Origin: Candidatus Rifleibacteriota bacterium
GTDB taxonomy: Bacteria; Muiribacteriota; Ozemobacteria; Ozemobacterales; Ozemobacteraceae
Direction of reading: 5' to 3'
Assembly: GCA_051747585.1 (NCBI GenBank)
Contig: JBNJGH010000024.1
Coordinates: 1 to 38,646 of the forward strand
DNA length: 38,646 bases
Part shown: positions 35,001 to 38,646 of the stretch, one piece after another
Position numbering within the stretch: position 1 is the stretch's first letter
How the letters are laid out: each line of letters starts with the position of its first letter
Made by a program: the position numbers and the translations under genes
Notes under the pieces: generated by a model
The model's input: the letters and a program-made list of their open reading frames with translations, nothing else
Told to the model about the DNA's origin: nothing
The model's database searches: none

Positions 35001-37335
35001 TGGCAAAAGTAGCCAGACCTAATTGTTTGAGTTCATCAATATTATCGCTTAGCAGCGCAGTTCCCGAGCCGGGTTCCAGGCCTGCGATCAAGCTGTTTGC
35101 ATTCGTTTTGAGTTCTTCAATTCTTGCTTTTTTTGCTGCAACCTTTTCAAAGTCCTGCTGCAGTTTAGTTAAATTCATGGCGGCTTTGGGGTTTGCCGGG
35201 TTAAGAACTATTGCCTTGGCATAAAGGTCGATGGCTTCTTTGTATTCAAGTTTAGAAGCCAGCTGGTCAGCTTTTCCAATCATTGCATTGCTTAGAGAAA
35301 CTTGTAAAAAAGAAGCTTTTGCTTTGCCTTCTTCAGTCTGGCGATATTCTTCTATCAGTTTCTGTGCATCATCAAACTCATTTGCATCTATTTTTGCTTT
35401 TATTGTTTTTTCATAATTAACTTTAGGTTTAGCTTTTTTGCGGATCGAGCTGTAATAAAAAACACCGCCTGCAACAAGAATTATAATAATTACAGCGGCC
35501 AGAATTTTGCTTTTGTTTGACTTATTCTGCTGCTGTTCAGCTGATTGAACAAAATTAGAAACAGACTCGGAACTTCGTTTTGTAGAATGTCTGGCTGAAC
35601 TTTTGCGGGGCAGGGCCTCGGGCTGATGTTCTTCAAGATATTCTTCCAGACAGTCGATTATATAATCGGTGTCCGGCCTTGCTGAAGGGTCTTTATCGAG
35701 CATTTTTCTGGTCAGAGAAATAATTTTAACCAGACTCATGTCAGGGAGGGCTTGCTGCACTGGCAACGTTGCTTCAATGTGTTTGAGTGCGACTGACAAT
35801 TCAGGGTTCGTGTTTGCGTCAGCTTTAAATGGTACTTTGCCAAAAAGCATTTCCCAGAAAATAATACCGAGAGAATAAATATCAGAGCTGCTTGTAAGAT
35901 TTTTGCTTCCGGTACATTGCTCGGGTGACATATACTCTGGAGTTCCGACTGTCATACCGGTTTTGGTTAGATTGGCTTCGGTTTTGGCAATTCCAAAATC
36001 AAGAATTTTTACCAGGCCCGCATTGTTTATAATTATATTGCCCGGCTTGAGGTCTCTATGGATAATGCCGCGCTCATGACAGGCGTCAAGACCTTCTGCC
36101 AGCTGAAGCATTATTGGCACAATCTGCGATTTATCTTTTCTTAGAGCGTCTTTAAGTTTTGATAAAGACCGCCCTTCAATATATTCCATTACCAGGAATG
36201 GGCGCCCGGTTCTTTTGTCAATCGACGAGGCATAAATGCCCATAACATTACGGTGGCCCACCGTGGCCAGAACCTGGCCTTCCTGAATAAAGCGATCAAC
36301 TACCGACTTATCTTTTGCCGTGCTGTCATGAAGAACTTTTATGGCAACTGACCGGTTTAAAGCTGTGTCGAGGGCTTTGTAAACTTTTCCCATTCCGCCT
36401 GAGCCAAGCTCTGCCTGAATACGGTAAATTTCACCGATCATATTTTCGCCGCCACTTTGAACTGCGGCATGAGCAACTGTAGGTTTTTCGGAATCATCAA
36501 GCAGTTTAGAAATCTTATTTAGCTCTCTGATTATTTCAGGGACTCCGGGCCTGTCTTCAGGTTTTTTGGCAATCATTCTTTCAATGAGCGGTCGAAAATC
36601 ATTACCCATTGGAACTTTGTCGAATTCGCTGAAATCAGCCTGATCATTAAGATGTTTAAGGGCAATAGTAAGGGCCGGATCGTCGACATGGCCGTCAATT
36701 TTAAATGGCAGAGATCCGGTTAAAATTTCATAAAGCATTATTCCGGCAGCATATACATCGGTTTTTGCTGTTATATCCTGCTTGCCCAGACATTGTTCCG
36801 GTGACATGTAGTGGGGGGTTCCCAGTGCCATGCCGGTTTTGGTATGCTTGCTTGCTGATTTGGCGATGCCGAAGTCGACAATTTTGAGTTGTCCCTGCTT
36901 GTTTATCAGCAGGTTTTCAGGTTTGAGATCGCGATGAATGATTTCTTTGTTATGGCATGAATTCATCCCGCTCATCAGCTGAATAAAGTGTTTTAACAGC
37001 TCAGGGGTATCGGTGCGCAATCTATCTTTTATTTTGTCGAGGCTTTTGCCATCGACGTATTCCATGACCAGAAAAGGCACACCATTTGATTCTTCAACGT
37101 CTGAAGCATAAACCGAAATAACCGCCGGATGATTAATGGTAGCCATTACCCGGCCTTCATTTAAAAATCTTTTTACGATATCTTCATCTTTGGCGATGTC
37201 GGGTAAAAGAAACTTAATAGCAACTTCGCGACCAAGGTTTACATCGAGAGCCTTGTACACAAGACCCATGCCACCTTCGCCGAGCTGGGAAATTACTTTG
37301 TAATGTCTGCCAATAATCTGGTCTTTTTCAAACAT
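32092..37335 (-). CDS. Membrane Ser/Thr protein kinase with two tandem Hanks-type domains, helical/TPR-like ectodomain and C-terminal right-handed beta-helix
   Basis: Two complete motif sets (GxGGMG, VAIK, HRDLKP, DFG, GTPxYMSPE); one TM helix (ILAAVIIIILVAGGVFYY); C-terminal YKSINQAI..IKPGNYNE and N-x-I beta-helix repeats. Confidence 0.92.
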   Translation of the reverse strand: MFEKDQIIGRHYKVISQLGEGGMGLVYKALDVNLGREVAIKFLLPDIAKDEDIVKRFLNEGRVMATINHPAVISVYASDVEESNGVPFLVMEYVDGKSLDKIKDRLRTDTPELLKHFIQLMSGMNSCHNKEIIHRDLKPENLLINKQGQLKIVDFGIAKSASKHTKTGMALGTPHYMSPEQCLGKQDITAKTDVYAAGIMLYEILTGSLPFKIDGHVDDPALTIALKHLNDQADFSEFDKVPMGNDFRPLIERMIAKKPEDRPGVPEIIRELNKISKLLDDSEKPTVAHAAVQSGGENMIGEIYRIQAELGSGGMGKVYKALDTALNRSVAIKVLHDSTAKDKSVVDRFIQEGQVLATVGHRNVMGIYASSIDKRTGRPFLVMEYIEGRSLSKLKDALRKDKSQIVPIMLQLAEGLDACHERGIIHRDLKPGNIIINNAGLVKILDFGIAKTEANLTKTGMTVGTPEYMSPEQCTGSKNLTSSSDIYSLGIIFWEMLFGKVPFKADANTNPELSVALKHIEATLPVQQALPDMSLVKIISLTRKMLDKDPSARPDTDYIIDCLEEYLEEHQPEALPRKSSARHSTKRSSESVSNFVQSAEQQQNKSNKSKILAAVIIIILVAGGVFYYSSIRKKAKPKVNYEKTIKAKIDANEFDDAQKLIEEYRQTEEGKAKASFLQVSLSNAMIGKADQLASKLEYKEAIDLYAKAIVLNPANPKAAMNLTKLQQDFEKVAAKKARIEELKTNANSLIAGLEPGSGTALLSDNIDELKQLGLATFATQLVARWQTRFIASGSSFINDQPEKALQYFTELKQNFPELEGVESLIERARNKNEELKTELADAQKLDSLKSALSAAIDNYTGDQEIEFILKQINKVEELGEKKQAENLKQKLAEKIKNEGEKLIVNEPGKALALFENAKNTWPGLEGLETSMQLASESLSTLRSSEEMKAERDELANEISKDIAQIEPPQDIAPIQAKLKELARYADSSKKVRSLRNTLFEKYFNAVTTELKKSPQTAKQILDYCYEINPEAPGIKEIAKNIEKKIQEEEARRKAAEEKERAERLKVAKNSIYTGIKKDPIPEDMDKIAAEISALWREYPDSEAPEKLMQHLQDRVKEEIEASVPVDITKAENTIDTAKVVFAHDPDFLTYLSDKKDHIEQQKQVEARKRAAAPLINQIESFIKSPDENKLGNIRKALEKLETEVSKTEATKYRRKVSKNLTDYFENSSNPDQAFKRHRMLVALTPDSAGSTQSAVNKLSSEKVESAIKLISNFEPKTNISPVTNKLGIFNTWNQTDKKTQALNELKNNYIEKINRQNDPKVAYGLLKTLQKIPEFTNDSELVKYENRLQKLVEQNKSEQVTGNLLNNAEEIIAQNQIYERADELFDTQVFLKDNAPDKVDAFNGKIVNALLKNGNQHLASKDFTRAEQAVRLAKQFSPGSDAAQRLQVQIAQAKKAASTPQEFVVGPGQKYKSINQAIKAAPNGMTIKIKPGNYNEKVYVNKPVIIVGESVSACRLNCNNGPTITITANAVVKNLMLSNSSKKSFPTIAISSGNSEISECMLSNSTPATRPNYTEIIAVSGGSPVIKSNQLNKSKGMGITVTGGSPVISHNNIEACQIYGIWFNGRSKAQVSENTIKNNGKSGVGVKNHASPSFRSNLIANNGENGMLIYANASGNYEGNRLSNNNYSGIEVWDAQPQSIKNNIFDKNNRDGIYIRGNKAVVKLGKNRFTNTRGENVRNSGGKIVSM

Positions 37336-37342
37336 GAGGCTT

Positions 37343-37371
37343 AATTTACGCTAATTTAATTTAAAAATCAA
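37343..37371 (-). promoter_or_regulatory. Putative sigma70 promoter, leaderless kinase gene
   Basis: Minus strand: TTGATT, 17-bp spacer, TAAATT, 7 nt, ATG (37335); no SD. Confidence 0.5.
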
Positions 37372-37415
37372 CCATAATGCAGCTTCGACAATGGCAATCA
37401 ATTTTTTAATATTAA

Positions 37416-37630
37416 TTAACCACAGAGCCCACAGAGATACACAGAGAAATCTTTTTCAGCCAGTGTTTCCAGCAGCATCAAGCCCTCATAAAAACACTTG
37501 TGTTTTTATGAGGGCTTGATGCTGCTGGAAAAGCCGGGCGGTTTCCCGCCGGCTTATTGTCCGCAGGACAATACACGGCTGATAAAGATTTAAAAGTCAG
37601 CTCCGTGACCTCTGAGAGCTCGGTGGTTAA
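37416..37630. repeat. Nested multi-hairpin palindromic element (MITE/REP-like or structured RNA)
   Basis: Outer arms TTAAC(CACAGAG)x3 and CTCCGTG-CTCTGAG-CTCGGTGGTTAA; second stem AAATCTTTTTCAGCCAGTGT / ACACGGCTGATAAAGATTT; three inner hairpins, one a perfect 32-bp inverted repeat. Confidence 0.8.
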
Positions 37631-37693
37631 ATTTTTTTTGTGCCCTATTTAAAATGTGAAAAAAGGGTGGGGCTATGATAAAATTTCTTTATA

Positions 37694-38646
37694 ATGGATA
37701 AAAAGACCTCACAACGCCTCGACACAATAGCTCGCGAACTTAACCGGCGCCGTCAGGAACACGGAAAAGGAAGCTCGAGAAGGCGTAATATCAGAAGAAT
37801 TGTGCGCAAGCTTCTTGTGGTTATTGCTCTCGTGTTTTTTGTTCTGGCCGGAATATTTATTTTTAACTTCTTCAGGCTGAATGCAGACCTTGTCGAGGGC
37901 CATATTAAGCAGGGTATTATTCCCAATCTGACTCAGGGGCGGTTTAATCTTAACATTGGCACCATATCAGGAAATCTAATTAATGGTGTAGAGCTTGAAA
38001 ATGTTCAAATTTTAAATCCCCATTTTGACTCAGGCGCGACTATTATGACTGTGCCACGGGTGTCGATGAATTATTCACTCTGGGGTATTTTCTGGGGAAA
38101 TATCACTCTACAGAAACTTCATATCGAGAACCCGGTTTTAACTCTCAAAAGAAAGGAACTTGGCAGAGGAATATGGGATTTCAGTAGGCCCGAAGAACCC
38201 AGAAATGACGAAAAAGATCTTACTACCTGGCAGCAGCAGGAACAGGCCCGGGCTTTGGCAGACAATTACCTGACCGATATTACCGTCGATAACCTTTCTA
38301 TTTTGATTCCTTCGCCTGATCAGCTTATTACCGACGAATTCATGGCAAAATTAACAAGCTTCCCCGGTAAAACCTACCAGTTTTCAAATATAGATTTAAA
38401 GCTGAAAAAATACCCCGCTGTAAAATTCGTTTCCCATATTTTCAGCGTTTCCGTGCCCAAAGACCCGGACTTTTTAAGGTTTCAGTTCACCAGAACCAGA
38501 AGCAATGGCAATTTCACCCTTTCTTTTGATGCTGTTGGTCAAAATTTTAATTTTGCAGTAGAAAATCTCGGACTCGATGGTAGAAGAATAAATTTTTATG
38601 ACGGTCGCATGAAAGACAGGCTCAATCTTGAATGGGTCTGGGCTCG
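37694..38646 (+). CDS. AsmA/TamB-like membrane-anchored protein, 5' part (runs off the window)
   Basis: Manual translation is open from ATG 37694 to the window end: MDKKTSQRL..., TM helix LLVVIALVFFVLAGIFIF, then beta-rich IGTISGNLINGVELENVQI...LQKLHIENPVLTL...IWDF typical of AsmA-like N-termini. Absent from the ORF track because it has no stop in the window. Confidence 0.75.
   Translation, partial: MDKKTSQRLDTIARELNRRRQEHGKGSSRRRNIRRIVRKLLVVIALVFFVLAGIFIFNFFRLNADLVEGHIKQGIIPNLTQGRFNLNIGTISGNLINGVELENVQILNPHFDSGATIMTVPRVSMNYSLWGIFWGNITLQKLHIENPVLTLKRKELGRGIWDFSRPEEPRNDEKDLTTWQQQEQARALADNYLTDITVDNLSILIPSPDQLITDEFMAKLTSFPGKTYQFSNIDLKLKKYPAVKFVSHIFSVSVPKDPDFLRFQFTRTRSNGNFTLSFDAVGQNFNFAVENLGLDGRRINFYDGRMKDRLNLEWVWA

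Noticed and set aside
32092..37335. Anti-phage kinase defence system (e.g. Stk2 or BREX PglW)
   Set aside because: The TM plus ectodomain receptor architecture and the absence of neighbouring defence genes point to signalling instead.
37416..37630. CRISPR array or tRNA
   Set aside because: The repeats are 7-mers in inverted arrangement with no unique spacers of about 30 nt. The cloverleaf lacks tRNA arm sizes and the T-loop GTTCRA motif.
1753..37903. The many 60-165 aa alternative-frame and antisense ORFs in the track (e.g. 2155-2478, 10197-10580, 26561-27055, 30278-30667, 37709-37903)
   Set aside because: They lie almost wholly within longer, motif-supported genes and show no recognisable motifs; treated as shadow ORFs.

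Overview
This is an AT-rich chromosomal segment from a diderm bacterium. The HEAT/TPR proteins, G|xxxxE pilin cassettes and multiple PilT paralogues resemble Candidatus Riflebacteria-like genomes, but that assignment is inference only. The left end (1-~840) looks like the end of an integron cassette array: the right half of an attC site, a hicAB toxin-antitoxin cassette with its own promoter, and a truncated attC fused to a decayed group II intron RT fragment. Next comes a minus-strand minor-pilin module (three prepilin-type genes plus a PilN/PilO-like lipoprotein). It is divergent, across a perfect 20-bp palindrome, from a secreted double C39-peptidase operon. An OmpA/DUF4892 gene, a Na/Ca-type antiporter, a glycine-zipper protein, rsmD and recG follow. 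The most unusual locus (16012-26019) has four PilT-family ATPase paralogues (two canonical, two with degenerate catalytic motifs), two HEAT+TPR proteins and two GspG-like pseudopilins. The right part holds HU, recN, a SpoIID-domain protein, a DUF318 permease-HMA fusion, a TPR protein, a 1747-aa receptor with two tandem Ser/Thr kinase domains, a 215-bp nested palindromic element and the 5' part of an AsmA/TamB-like gene missing from the ORF track. Several genes appear to be leaderless. No rRNA, tRNA, CRISPR array, integrase or intact transposase was found.
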